Positions 27,420 through 40,552 of a stretch of DNA of 64,000 bases are shown here, one piece after another (positions within the stretch are counted from its first letter, which is position 1; the number at the start of each line of letters is the position of its first letter). Source of the stretch: Camelus ferus (Eukaryota); contig NC_045697.1 in the NCBI RefSeq assembly GCF_009834535.1, positions 29,142,001 through 29,206,000 on the forward strand. Direction: 5' to 3'. The translations under genes were made by a program, and so were the position numbers. Below the pieces are notes generated by a model, which was given only the letters and a program-made list of their open reading frames with translations, did no database searches and was not told where the DNA came from.

Positions 27420-28529
27420 TTTCATGTCTAACATAATGTATAAATTTGACTGTGATTTGGTACCTTCACAAACTGGAGATCTTACAATTAGCTTCAGATA
27501 AGACCTATTCAGTTAGCTTATCCCTCTCTATGGCATTACGGCCTCACTCCTCATGTTAATTATAGGTCCTCAATAAATACTTGTTGAATGAATACATAAA
27601 TAAGAGGTGGGACTGCAAAGCAAAAATTAGGGGGAAACACTACCTCAAACAGAAAAACAAAACCCCACACAGTCATTAAAAATAAATCAAAGAGGATGAA
27701 TTTAAGATCCACAGCAAACGGATCTTACACATTAGCAAAAGGCTTTTAGATTCCAAAATATATCATTTATTTAAATTTTCAGATATATCTTACTTGGTCA
27801 TTCCTCCTTTGTTCTCCAAGCACACTGTGTCTTTATCACCACAGACAGCATATTCTGCTTACATTACAGCCGGTGGTAGACACACGGTAGTCACAGCTAC
27901 AAACAACATTCCTGAGGTTGGGGGTTTTGCTTCCATTCATCCATTCATTTGACTCATTCATTCATCTGTTGACTATGTTGTGCTTTGCCAGAGATGAGGT
28001 ACATAATGAATCAGCAAAATCACAGACATTCCACAGCTGGAGAGCACCATCTGGCACTCCTTCTCTGTGAACAGCTTGAAGACCAAGAGATACGTCTTCT
28101 TCCCAACTGTGTCCTCAAATCCTGAACCACACCTTAGAAATCCTCTAGCTCAACCCCTCATTTCCTCTGTGACTGGATTATTTCTCAAGGTGATAAAGCT
28201 ACTAGTTACTGGTAGAAACAGACTTCCTTTCTCCTAACTCAAAGTTCATGCAAAATCCATTTTCTGATTAATTTCAAATCAAATCACAACTCACGTGACA
28301 CTGTGATAGTTTCTTTTTGCTCAAGAGCCCACTAATGTCTTTACAACTACATCCCTTCAGTGTTTATTGGCAAAACACTGCATATTCATGGGAATGCTCT
28401 TCACAATTGAGCACTGTGAGTTTTCCCACTTAGGTGAAGTCCTTAACTTCATAATAATGAAGATTAATAATTAATTGCGCTGTGTGTTAATATCTGAGTT
28501 ACAAGCTTTATTATTATTTAATTTAGCAT

Positions 28530-29325
28530 TCTTCTGTACTCCTAGGTATTGATCCAAGAGAAATAAAAATATTTGTCCACAAAGTCTTGTACAAGAATGT
28601 TTATAGCAGTGCTATTTACAATAGCCTAAAAACCTCAGTCATCTATCAATAGGAGAATGGATAAATAAACTGTGATACAGTCATACAATGGAGTACTGCT
28701 CAGTAACATCAGATACATTCAATGTCATGGCTTACTAGCTCATTAGCATAAAACATGCTGAGTAAAAGGAAGAGTACATGCTGGGGGAAAGAAAGAGTAC
28801 GTGCTAAGTGAATTCCATTTATATGAGATTCTAAAACAGACAAAACTGATATGTGGTAGGAAATATCACATCAGTGGTTAACTCTGGGAGGTGGGGGGTG
28901 AGGCAGGGAGCGGGTTGGGGCATGAAGAGAACTTTCTGTGGTGATGGTAATGTCTTTATCATGATAGGAGTTTGGGTTACAGCAGGGTATGTCTTTGTTA
29001 AAGCTCAGTAAATATACACTTAAGATTTATGCAAGTCATTTTATGCAAATTTTATCTTTAAAAACTCTAAACAATATTGAACTTCAGAGAATGAAGTGTT
29101 TCAGGCTAAGTGTCCCAATGTTTAGCATTTTATTTTTGAAGACCATCAAAAAAATATGATAAATATATGGATTTAGGAGTGGACTGAGAGGTATATAAAG
29201 TGATAAAGCAAGTATAGCAAATGATAATGGCAGAATTTAGGTTTTGGCTATGAGGACTTCACTGTAAAGTCCAAATTGGCTGTATGTTTGAAATTATAAT
29301 AATAAAATGTTGGTGGAAAAAAGAG
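28530..29325 (+). mobile_element. L1MC-like 3' end
   Basis: ctcctaggtattgatccaagagaaataaaa...ttgtacaagaatgtttatagcag...ccatttatatgagattctaaaacagacaaaac...aataaaatgttgg. Confidence 0.85.
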
Positions 29326-29644
29326 ACTTAAAAGAAGCATTCCCTGAGGGCCTTGTTCAAAGCCTTAATGAAGAAACCAACTTAAAAAAAAAAAAAAGAA
29401 AGAAAGAAAAGGTCAATCTTAGTATCTAAATGACCTAGCAGTAAAACTGAGCTACAGCATGGGACTTGTAGTGGCTCTTCCAAAAACTCTGGAAACAGTC
29501 CATATCAAACTTTTGCAAATGTAGTTGAGTATAGACATACCATTTTAGTTGATAGATTTGTCTTAAAAAATTTGGACATAAATCAAATTTAGCAAAATAA
29601 AGACACTTCCATGCTGTTTAAAAAAAAATTTTTTTAAGAGAAAA

Positions 29645-29985
29645 AAAAAGGAAACCAACTATAAAAAGAAATTATTAAGACAACTAGGAAACGTGTATGT
29701 GAACTGGATATTAGATATTAACAAGGCATTACTGTTAATTTTGTTAGGTATGATCATAACATTGTGGTTGAAAAAGGTCCATATTTTTAAAGATGCATGT
29801 TAAAATACTAGAAACGAAAATAATATATTTTTATTTGCTTTAAATGACATAAATGGAGGAAGAGCTAGATGACATAATGTAGCAAAATTTTAAAAGCTAT
29901 TAAATCTGAAAAGTAGGCATATTGTAATTTATTGTATTTATTCCCTCTGAACGTCAGTGTATATTAGAAATATCTTGAATTTTTT
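29645..29985 (+). mobile_element. Old L1 (L1MC/ME) 3' UTR fragment
   Basis: actggatattagatatt...ttactgttaattttgttaggtatgatcataacattgtgg. Confidence 0.6.
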
Positions 29986-31321
29986 TAAACCAATTAGTAT
30001 ACACTTATATTAAGACTACAAAAATCAAAGGGCTAGACCTAAATTATAACACTCGGTAGTTGATGTAATAGTGTACTTCTTTCACTAAAAGTAATACTAG
30101 GATAAATTTCTTTTTTAAAATTAAAGTGAATCTAAGTTCAATTTGTTACTAGAATTGTAAAAATTCTTATACTCCTTTAAATGAATTAGAAACACCCATG
30201 TTATAACTGCAGATCTTAGAACTATTGGGTTAGTCATATTAAATTAGAGATGTCATTCAGTCATTCATTCAATTACCCAATGAATGTCTCTCTTTTGCAA
30301 ATTCTAGAGAAATATAATCATAACTATCAATAAACATTCTGTATATAAAGATGGCATAATATCTTAAAATACTTTTTAGGGAAAAAAAAACCCCACAGCT
30401 ACTAGCTTTGCCTAAACAATTCTAACTCAAATGGGTGTGACATTTAAAAAATATAACCAATAAAATTTTCATCTCCTTGATCCTAAACAACTTGATTTAA
30501 TTTTGTATTTAGTGAATTATTTGAGGTCTAAATGGACAGATTAGGTAGGTACAGCCTTACTGAGATAGACACACAACACACGGGTGTCTGAATTTACCAA
30601 ACGAATTAGAAGGTGATTTAGTTTATGTAACAAAATCATTTTTTTTCTTTACAAAATGACCTACCCCCCAGTACTCTTTTTTGCTTCCTCAACACATTGA
30701 AAACTCAATTGGTTTGCTAGATTTCCCTTTGACTGCAACTTTTCAGTAATAAATCCATCACAGAACACACAGTCTATGGTCCGTGACGTTCTCTGGTCTA
30801 TGTCATGTCCCTTATTCAGGTTTCACTTGTTTATGAATTTCAAGTTCTAAGCTTCTGAAGAAGTGTCTGCAAGGTGAATATTTAAACTGGCCTCCAGAAC
30901 AATTATGTTCTTCATTGAGTTCTACAATGTCAAAAAATAACAGCAATATAAAACAAGAGATCCCAGGTGACTGAAAGTTTAATTTGGAGTCCAAACGTGC
31001 ATAGATCAGATTATGGCTTCATTTATGATGAAGAATGAAATAAACACAGGGAAACACTCCTGGTCTTAATTTGAGCATAATCTAAATTTGAACTTGATCA
31101 CTGCAACTTGAGGCCATATATTTTGTTACATGGCCATATCTTATGTAACATGAAGATAAAAGTTATAAGGAAGGTTGTCTGGCAAAGATGTGGAAAGCAG
31201 AGAGAAGGGTGGCATGTAAAACAGATCTAAGGGTTCTGCTGCTTACAGTTCTAACCTCAGAGGGTGGAGTGGGGCACGGCCTCTACTTCATACTGTCAGA
31301 TCCTGAACAAGTTATCGGCAT

Positions 31322-31515
31322 CAGGGCTGTCCAGCAGAATTTTCTGTGACGAGGAAACATTCTATATCTGCACTATCCAATACAGTGGCCACCAAGCAAA
31401 TGATCGAGCATTTGAAATGTACTAGTAAACAAGGCACTAACTTATTATTTTTAATTAATTAAACTTAAATAGTTGCATTGCTTGTGGCTATTAGCTACCA
31501 TATTGGACAACACAG
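31322..31515 (+). mobile_element. MER3 hAT-Charlie MITE
   Basis: cagggctgtccagcagaattttctgtgacg...ctgcactatccaatacagtggccac...tgtggctattagctaccatattggacaacacag. Confidence 0.85.
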
Positions 31516-32911
31516 GTCTAGATTCATAGGGTAGCCCCTGGACAGAATAAGAGATTTATTAAGGCAGATCAGTAAGCCTTGAAATGCTGCATCCAGTCTG
31601 GTGGAAGGCAAGGAACTAACCTAATCAATGCCCTTTCCATTCCAGTGGTGGGGACAAGCTTCCAAAACCATTTAATGCACTATAAAATTTGGGGTCACCT
31701 TTTTCAAGGTTCAATAAAGGCTCAGATGAGAGTCAAATGAAGCTCAGTAGCTCAAGTGATGTTATTTTAGTCTTTTGGCTCTTCTTTCCAGAGGCAGGAT
31801 TCACCTCCTGACACCAATATTAAGACTCATGAAACGACCTCCACCAACTACATACACACCTCTGCCACAAGCCCCAGCACAGACACGTGCTCTTCCCCCG
31901 TCTCAGCCAGCACCCTGATTCTGGCCTGTCAGCTCACCAGGATGAATATACACAAAGGTCAAGTTTGGACATTTTTAACTGTTTTTGAGATAAGTCTGAA
32001 GCAGGTTTGCCTGCCTGGCTTCTTGGGTGGGTCTGCCACGTTGGACAAATCGCCTGTTGTCTTCTAATCATGTTGACTTACTTCCCACAGGATATTTGTT
32101 TGATTTGTCTTTGTTACTCTGTTCAGATGAGAGTACAGAACTTCACTCAATGAAGTGAGCCTGGTCTGAATTGAGGGGAAGTCAGGCATGATGGTGGAAG
32201 TGGACAGACTTCCCAAGCTAGGACAGACTGATTCCCCAGCTAAGATGGTGTTTTTCCCATCTCTCTGCTGGGGAGGCAGGGAGAGGCAGGGAGAGAGGTT
32301 AATGACTGCCTGTGAATCAGCCCCTGTTCAACGGTATAGAACTTGAAAACAGTTGAATTTGTTAAGTCTGAATGTGGCATCACAGGCGGTGACTAAAATC
32401 TGACGTTTTTAATCTTCCCTCTTCTTTCCCTCCCTGCCTTTGAAACGAGACCTACAAAGACTCGAAATCAGAACCTAAAGCTGAGAGGGCAGAACAAGTA
32501 TAACAGAAGTATGGTGAGTCTGCACTGGGCAGGGGAATCCTCCCTAGAAGGTGGCCTCAAAGCAGAAGGAGGCTACATAGAGCTGAGGTCTGGAGGGTGT
32601 TTGGTGGCTGCTGACAGCCAGCAGTGGGGGGCAGGAATTGGAAGGAGAAGATTTCCTCCAGATCACGGATGAGGATCATCCATGAAAAGTGACTTGCAGG
32701 CTTGCCTTTGGGGGAGGAGGTCATGGAGGAAGAGCTGTGGACACAAGTAATACCAGTCCAGGACATTCTGAAAAGCCTCAGAGGGTTCAAGAGTTTAAAA
32801 GTCTCACCAGCAGAATACAGTTGGAAGGTCAAAAACCTTCTTCCCATGGTCACTGCTTTCCGCTCCCTTCACTTTGGACAGTGTTTCCTATATTTATCTT
32901 GCGGATTTGAC

Positions 32912-32962
32912 CTTGAATTTCAGTGATTTCTAGAAGATCTTGAATTTCAGTGATTTTTAGAA
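32912..32962. repeat. Tandem duplication, 27-bp period (1 mismatch)
   Basis: cttgaatttcagtgatt(tc/tt)tagaa repeated. Confidence 0.9.
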
Positions 32963-33089
32963 ATAATATTTTCATATACGTCTTCTGATTATACAAAAAA
33001 AATCAATGTACACCATGGAAAACACAGAAACACCATATCACACCACACACACACACACACTCTGGGGTACAGTTAGATGATTTCTTATT

Positions 33090-33420
33090 TAAGGCCATAG
33101 GGAAAAAAGAGGATATGAGATGGAAATATGGATAATTAAATATAAAATTGTAAACCCTCTCTCATCATGGGTGGGAATTTGGGCATCTGATTCTTCAGAG
33201 GCGTTCTTCTACATTATTTCTTTCAAACAAAACCCCCTCCGTGGGATTACTGGGTTAAGCATCTCTAAGGATCTTGCTATATGTTGCCAATCTGTTTTCG
33301 TACTACGTCATACCCATTTGTGCGGCCACCAGACACGTGTGAGTAAGCTGATTCTTTCATGGCAGCAAAATGGTACCTCACTGTTGCTTTAATCTGCGAT
33401 ATACCAGTATTTCTCTTTTG
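33090..33420 (-). mobile_element. Old L1 fragment
   Basis: gtgggattactgggttaag...gttgccaa...cccatttgtgcggccaccagacac...aaaatggtacctcactgttgctttaatctgc. Confidence 0.55.
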
Positions 33421-34148
33421 TGAATTAGACTATTTCTTTCTACTTTTTTCTGTTGTTTTCCTTTTCAGATTCCATGATAAAACCTTGTGAATAGAACAAT
33501 GAATTAATAAAATACTGCATTACTTTTTTGTGTGGAAAATCCTTCCCCAGAAATTATCACCATGAACTGAATTTGTTCACATTCCACTCAAATTTCTTAT
33601 TTTGGTCACAACTTTTATGTGGCCCAAACAGGCCGCTTGTGAAATATCTGTAAATGGCAGGTTCTCTACCAAAGAAGTGTTTATGGAGGGTAAAGGACTG
33701 CTAACTTCTGAAGGTGAATTATAAAAACAAAAAAGGTTGTTTGTTGTTTGTTTATTTTTCAGAATAAGAACAAGATTCTTCAGTCTTTCCTATGGCAAAG
33801 ATAAAGAGCGGTTGAACTGAAAACTTCATAAACCATGATCCTCTGATATTTAATTTTTCTATAGAATAACAGTACAATATCATAATCCATGTTATTTCCT
33901 AGAATGAAAAACAAAACAAAGCTTTCACCGTGCAAACACCAGAATGCTCCTGAGAATCATACGGTGCGACAGTACCAAAGACAAGATAGTAGCCGCGAGC
34001 ATGGACAAGTTTCTCCAAGTCACAGGCTCGCTGGGAGAAGGCCCAGGAATAAATCAATTCCTTGATTCCTGGTCAGTGTTCTTTCCACAGCACCTCACTC
34101 CCTCAGAGCCTGATGTTTTCTATGAAAATATTTCTTTTTAAATTTCCA

Positions 34149-34300
34149 GGAGGGCAGGGGTGGGAGGGTAAAAGCTCAGTGGCAGAGCTCATGCTTAGCA
34201 TGTACAAGGTCCTGGGTTCAATCCTCAGTATCTCCATTAAAATGAATGAATGAATGAATGAATGAATGAACAAAATAATTAAAAATAAAATAAAATAAAA
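34149..34300 (+). mobile_element. Camelid tRNA-Ala-derived SINE (Vic-1-like)
   Basis: gggagggtaaaagctcagtggcagagctcatgcttagcatgtacaaggtcctgggttcaatcctcagtatctcca followed by an (AATG)n/A-rich tail. Confidence 0.9.
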
Positions 34301-35290
34301 TTCCAATGAAAACACTACCTTCATTAAATGATGTAACTTTCTCTGACATGTAAATTAAGCAATAGCAGTGACTATACCTATGAACTGCTCTAATATTTTT
34401 TATTAAAAAATGAAAGCATGGGCATTTCTCACAGCTTTACAATAAGAAGCCATTTTATTAGAAAAGTAGAATGAAAGTTTTTGTTTTGTTTCTACTCAGA
34501 GGCAATGTTTGCATTTGTGATTGACACAGAGATTGTGCTCACTTCAATAATAGCAAATTTAAATGATGAGGTTTCACAACCCTTAAGGGGAAGAAAAAGT
34601 CACATGTGATAGTGTTCAATACATTGAATTCACTATTAAATAAGAGTCCAGTTTCGTTCACATGTGCAAACTTCCTTCCAGGGAATCCTGTTTGAGAGGA
34701 AGGCAAACTTAGAGCTACAGGACACCCATGATGTGCCAACTACTTTCATATACTGCATGTTATCTCAATTAATCAGTAACCACCAGAGGCTAGTAAATTT
34801 GTGGGAAAAATGCCCCACAGAGAAAGCCACTGCACTGGGAAGAGCCGAGAGCTGAGCTGATGGCTGGCTCTTATTTTATTACACAGGACAAGATCAGCAT
34901 GAGGTCAACCTCAGGACAGTGTTTTCTGTACCGAGCTGGCATCCAAGGTACCTTTCTGGCTGACTCAGTGTCTCTGAGACCATCCTGTCTGTAGCCACAC
35001 TGTAGCTGTCTTGGGTGCTGGAAACCTCTTGATTCTAATTCTTCTGTTGCCTGAAGACTTGACCCTTTGGTGAAGAAAAACAACAACTCCCATGGAGAAA
35101 GATAAAAAATGGCTTTGAATACTTCTCTCCAATATTCCATCACAGAACTGTTATTCAGAACACAGCAATTTTGAGAATTAGAGAGATCTTGATGTCACCT
35201 GGACCAATCTCCATTCCAAAGAGCTGCCCTTTCTTCCAGCATCCCCAGGGAGTCCCCTAGTCTCGCTGATGAAGAAAGAGGACCCTCTGC

Positions 35291-35427
35291 GTGTGGTGGC
35301 GGGGGAGGTTGGGGGGGGTTATATAGCTCAGCGGTAGAGTATGTGCTTAGCAAGCACGAGGTCCAGAGTTCAATCCCCAGGACCCCCACTAAAATAAATA
35401 TAAACAAACAAACAAAACAAAACAGAG
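35291..35427 (+). mobile_element. Camelid tRNA-Ala-derived SINE (Vic-1-like)
   Basis: tatagctcagcggtagagtatgtgcttagcaagcacgaggtccagagttcaatcccc; perfect 14-bp TSD agaggaccctctgc (35277-35290, 35428-35441). Confidence 0.92.
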
Positions 35428-35664
35428 AGAGGACCCTCTGCACACACAACTTGACCCCATGGCAACCTAATCTAGTATTCCTACAGCTCCAAAAGATGTA
35501 GGAATTTTTTTAATACCCAACCTAGTACATGTCTTTGTTTAGTTCTAAAGAAAATGCCCAATTTTCAGGAGGATGAGTTAAGGCTAGTCAACAATTTGTT
35601 TTAGGGCTCCTGCCTTTGCCTCAATTAGAATTGGGAAGATAATTAAAAGACACTATTTTCTGAT

Positions 35665-35900
35665 GGCATGGGGAAACAGAATGGACTTTAGGGGCAAACT
35701 AAACTGAGTGTGAAGGCAGATTCCAGCATTTACTAAATGATGTGGCTTTGTTTAAGGCTCTTGAGCTCTCAGTGCCTCAATTTCCCCATTTGTAAAGGGG
35801 GTTAATGAATCCTAGCTTACAGGAGTGTCTCAAGACTTGGGGATGACATACATATAGTACCTGGAGCAATGCCTGACACTTAGCAAGTGTACAATCAAAT
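35665..35900 (+). mobile_element. MIR SINE
   Basis: ctctcagtgcctcaatttccccatttgtaaaggggg...caatgcctgacacttagcaagtg. Confidence 0.8.
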
Positions 35901-37489
35901 AGTGTGATTTGAGAAGCCATCACAGACCAAAGAGTGCTGTGAAGGAGAGCTGTTTTTAATGGCTGACGCAGTTCACCAAACACTGGTGGGTGGCAGTGTG
36001 GGCCGGTGGGAAGAGCTGGCTCCACAGAGGCAGAAGCCCTGGATGGCAGCTCTTCTCACTAACTAGGCGTGTGACCTTAGCTTCTCTGTTTGAGCTTTCT
36101 CATAGACAAAATGGGTATATTTTACATCTTAGAATTTTTTTTAAAGGCAACCACAAAAATCATTTGGCTATTTTTTAAAGTATACAAGATATTGTTCCGG
36201 TGGTTGTTCATAAAGTTAAAAAGAATAAAATCAAATCTTGGATGACTGCTGTCAAGCACCCCATATGAAAGGGGCCTTCCACTGTGAAAAGGATGAAGAC
36301 TTTGAAGCAAAGAATCTCAGCATCTCTTGCTTTCTCTAGAAGTGACTTAAAATGTTTGATTGAGACCCTCGGGGTCTTCCATTGGGCATAGGGGCCACTT
36401 ACGTGCTGCTGCTTGGCTGAAATGATGACCTGATCACACTGATAAGCTTTACGATATTAATGCAAAATTAAAAATATAATCTTCTTCATTCCCAACTAGA
36501 AAAAGAATCTGAAGGGTATATGCTCTCTTTTGTTATCCTAACTGAAGGACATTCTGAGCAAGTTTCTGGTAATTTTTGAAGAAAGAATGGAACACTTATC
36601 AATGTCTGTCGCTTGTGGCATGGAAAATCGAGGAAGGTAGTAAGAAAAAGGAAATTTAGAAATTTTGTTCATTTCCAGGATGCTCAGTTGAGTCAGAGAC
36701 TTTGACATACAGACCCTTCTGGGAATTAGAATTTAAAACACCTCAAACCCCACATTGAAAGACATGACCTTTGCTTCCCAGGAAACTTCTCTGCTATTCT
36801 GACTTGAAATTCACCTACCTTTCTTATGGTGATTGAATATATCTTTATATATAGATATTAAACCCCGATCTGAAAAAATAGTCAATAGTTGCTAAACACA
36901 GATTTTAGAATATACCATGTGCATCTAAAAATTATTCATAAGGCACAAGAATTTATTCATAAACAAAAGTGAGAATGAAAAATACACAAGGGAGCCTTCT
37001 TTAAAAAAAACAAAACAACTTTGAAGGGAAAGAGGGAAAAATCAGGTCAATCGTCGGCTTTCCAATAGGAAATACACAGGTCTGCACTACTGGATAAAAG
37101 TTGAACCTCCCTTAACGAGGGGGCACTGTCTAAGGGGTCATCTGGCACGGTCTCTGCCAGAACAGGATTGCTCCCTGTTGTAACTGACAACTTGTGTGTT
37201 TAGTTGAGACCGATCGAGAAGTCATGGAACTTTTCTCAGGCTGAGTTTTCTCATCTGCAGTCAGTGGCAGTCACCTCCTAGGGCGATGGTTTCAGTTAAA
37301 TAAACAGCCTGTGCAGATCACCTAGCAAATCCACTCCCAGAAAGACTTCTCTCCTTCCACCCTTTCAGGTGATAACATTTCCCTCCCACCCTTTATGAGA
37401 TCACTTAACTTTAGAGAGCTGGCACACACACAGGGAGTGATTTTCAGCTCATAGAGTCATGCCTTTAATTCCCCCCAAATTTATTGAAT

Positions 37490-37890
37490 TCTGGTGTATT
37501 TTTACAAAGGAATATGATGCAGCAATGAAGGGTATTACATTTTACATGTTATCATATTAGAGCCACATGAAGCAATGTGGATGAGAGTCACAAACAAAAT
37601 GTTGAGTGAAAGAAGTCAGACACAAAGCATACATGAATGATTCCATTTTTATGAAGTTCAAGAACAGCCAGAGCTAAGGTACGGTGATACGAATCAGATA
37701 ATGGTTACCTGGAGCAGGGCAGGTGACAGGGAGGAGAGGCACAGGGGAGCCTTCTGGGACACTGAAAATGTTCTGTATCTTAAACTGAGAGTAGTGGTTA
37801 CACAGGTATATGTAAAAATTTATCAAGCTGTATACAAAGATTTGTTCATTTTATTGCCACTATGTTCTACCACAATAAATACTTAAAATA
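37490..37890 (+). mobile_element. L1ME-like 3' end
   Basis: aatgttgagtgaaagaagtcagacacaaa...tgattccatttttatgaagttcaagaacag...ggagccttctggg...aaatgttctgtatctt. Confidence 0.85.
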
Positions 37891-38322
37891 ATATTTTTCA
37901 AAGCACTTATCTGACTTAATTTTATTACATGGAAGTTTTTCTCTCCTGCATTCTTCTAGGCTCTTTTTATATCTTACATAAGTGATAAATGTATTCATTG
38001 GTAGCTCATAACTGTAGGAATAAAGAATTACTCATATATTAGATTTTCCAAATAATTGAATGTATCCATGTAAGTAAGAAAGCTATTACTTTCTTGGATG
38101 AAAATCTTTATAAGATGATTTGTTGTCCTCACTATCACTTTAATAGACAATATTAAGCACATTTTTCTTCTTGGTGAACCAAGGCTATGCTTAGAAACTT
38201 ACATGGTTGAGCTGGGCTGAGATGAAGTGATGGCTTCAGGGGTCACTGTGTCTATACTGAATGACACTAGTTTTTCCCCCCTTCCCTGTTCTCTGGGACT
38301 ATTCTTCATTGTTACATGCCTA

Positions 38323-38356
38323 CCTCTAGGTCCTCTAGGTCCTCTAGGTCCTAGGT
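38323..38356. repeat. 9-bp tandem repeat (cctctaggt)x3 plus partial
   Basis: Seen directly. Confidence 0.9.
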
Positions 38357-38389
38357 TATTACCTCATCCTGGTCCTTCTTATTTGCTTT

Positions 38390-38690
38390 CTTTCATTCAT
38401 TCATTTATTCGGTACATATTTTTAGAATGCCCAGTATGTGCTAAGCACTGGAGATAAAATGGTGAATAAGACACTCATGATTCAAGGGGGAACTAATATT
38501 TTGGCAGAGGAGGCAAGTATAAAACAAGCGTGATGACATCATAAAGGGGGGAGTACAGGACTTAATTTAGGGGGTCTGGAATTGGGTCTGGGAAAGTCAC
38601 CTTGAGGAAGTGACATTTGAGAATTGAGAGGTGAGAACCTAGCCTAGAACGAGACCTTAGTATTTGCTGAATGAATGAATGATCATTAAC
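38390..38690 (-). mobile_element. L2 fragment(s)
   Basis: ttcattcattcatttatt...cagtatgtgctaagcactggagataaaatggtgaataagac...gaggaagtgacatttgag. Confidence 0.7.
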
Positions 38691-39823
38691 CAACAAAAAG
38701 AGAAGAGTTCTGATTCACTGTGCACAGAGAAACCAGCAATTCTATTGAAAGATGCCTAAACCAAGAGCCAACAGGCACAGAATGAGGCCCTAATGGACTT
38801 AATGGCATTCATTGTGACTGCTGTGAGGACTTTTTTTGCCTTACTTAAGACCTTGAGTTACTAGACAAGTAAAGGATTTTTAATCATTGCTTGGCCAACC
38901 TATATAAATTCAGTTTTTACAAAAACAAAACCAGCCCAAAATAGCCCAAGTCTTTATGATGATTCCTCTAGTTTGCCTACATAGCTCTGATCCCAAGTTC
39001 CCAAGGATGTGACCTTCCTGGCGCAGTCACCCAAAATCATCCTGAAAGGTGGTGTCACCCACCCATACCTTTGCATGACAGCTCTGTCCAAGCAAGCCAA
39101 ACAGCCCTGACCCCTTGAGCCTTATTGCATGTTGCAAACCATCCCCTAATTTGGGGCCTATTATTGTGCCCAGAGATTTCCCCTTCTTGACATATTACAA
39201 ACCAAGAATCTGCCGTCAAAATGACAGAAGGAACAGATGACAACAACCTTTGTGGACAGACTTTACTCAAATCTGTATCTTATAAAGCCAGCCTGATACA
39301 GAAGCACTATTAACATATCACACAGAACAGCAGCAAAGTTTAAAATGCTAGAGATATGGGCCAATTTACCCAGGGTTTAATTTGATGTCTGACTTGATCC
39401 ATCAACAAACTATCATGTAACTGCAAGAACTCCTAAGGAGAGATATAAATGTAGCTTTTGCTGATTTTAGTTTCTTACAAATCCATACAAGATATTTGGG
39501 ATTTAAAATTTGAAAAAGCTAAATAAACGAACAGCACTGACTAGGATTTTCCTGATGAAATGAAGAGAAATGGGGAGCAAAAGTATCTGAAAATGGTTTA
39601 TTTCTAGACTTTTTACCAGAGTCTTTCTGTTCCTCTGATAAAATTTCAAACATCAAACTGTATCAATCTACTTTAGAGACAGTGGAATCAATGCAAGAGT
39701 TTCTTCACTGGTCAGGGTCTATTTTGGATTTATGAAGTTCACAGAAGGTCACAAGTTCGACAGACTCTTCAGCAATCTAGGTGCTTCTATGGGACAGACA
39801 AGTAGGCAGCCAAGTATTCTTAC

Positions 39824-40030
39824 CTCTGTTTCAAAATCTTAAAAGAGAGATAAGAAGAAGTTAATCCGACTGTCGCAAGTTATATAAACTTTCAGTGGTC
39901 CAGGTAGTGAAAGGATTTGTTGCCAAGCTCAATTTTCTGACACGCATATAAAAATAATCAAAATCCGCCATTCCTCGGGTGAAATCAATGAATTTGGCCC
40001 CCCACAGTTGTCAGATCTAGTCTCATTTGC
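39824..40030 (-). other. Candidate 207-nt 5'-UTR exon with several uORFs
   Basis: Acceptor cttctctgtggctttgtgtatttag|GC, donor CAGAG|gtaaga, unique-looking sequence with retained CpGs; frames read from the exon start and from its ATGs stop inside the exon. Confidence 0.6.
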
Positions 40031-40233
40031 CTAAATACACAAAGCCACAGAGAAGTTTTTCCCATGAAGGAAGTTTCCTCTGATTTTGAAACAGTCATTT
40101 CTTCCAGCCATTTTGCAATGACTGGGAATTTGTCAGTAGAAAGTCTCTCGGCTTCTTACTGCCAGCGTCACTGGGCAAAAGTGTACCCAAATCACGTTCT
40201 TTCATAATCAATGAGCTGCCACTCTCCTCTTAC

Positions 40234-40350
40234 CTTTAGTGCTGGCTTTAAACGTAGGTTTCCAACCATAAGGCAGAGTAAACAGACTGAAGATTCCATA
40301 TCCTTGTTACTCCTTGTAACTCCTTTCCCCAAGAACTAGCCATGACAGAC
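40234..40350 (-). other. Candidate alternative first exon (5' boundary unknown)
   Basis: Strong donor AAG|gtaaga at 40234/40233, 203 nt upstream of the 40030 acceptor; no polypyrimidine acceptor upstream. Confidence 0.4.
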
Positions 40351-40511
40351 ATCTTTTGGAGCTACGCTTTTTCTAGATTTTCCTATTTACTGTTTGGTTT
40401 TCACCACTAGTAACACAGTTTCAGGTATCTGTGTCCAGGATATCATTGTTACAGTTGAACAAATGTAAACATTTGACTAAGGCTCTAGTTTTATCATATA
40501 TGCTTATATTT

Positions 40512-40515
<4 letters not shown>

Positions 40516-40548
<33 letters not shown>
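40516..40548. repeat. (CA)n microsatellite
   Basis: Seen directly. Confidence 0.95.

Positions 40549-40552
<4 letters not shown>

Noticed and set aside
32091..32520. Plus-strand acceptor (cccacag|) and donor (ATG|gtgagt) suggesting an antisense exon
   Set aside because: Isolated sites with no consistent plus-strand exon chain or ORF
34160..34236. Apparent tRNA-Ala genes here and at the other four SINE heads
   Set aside because: A-rich tails, flanking direct repeats and mismatched stems show they are SINE copies
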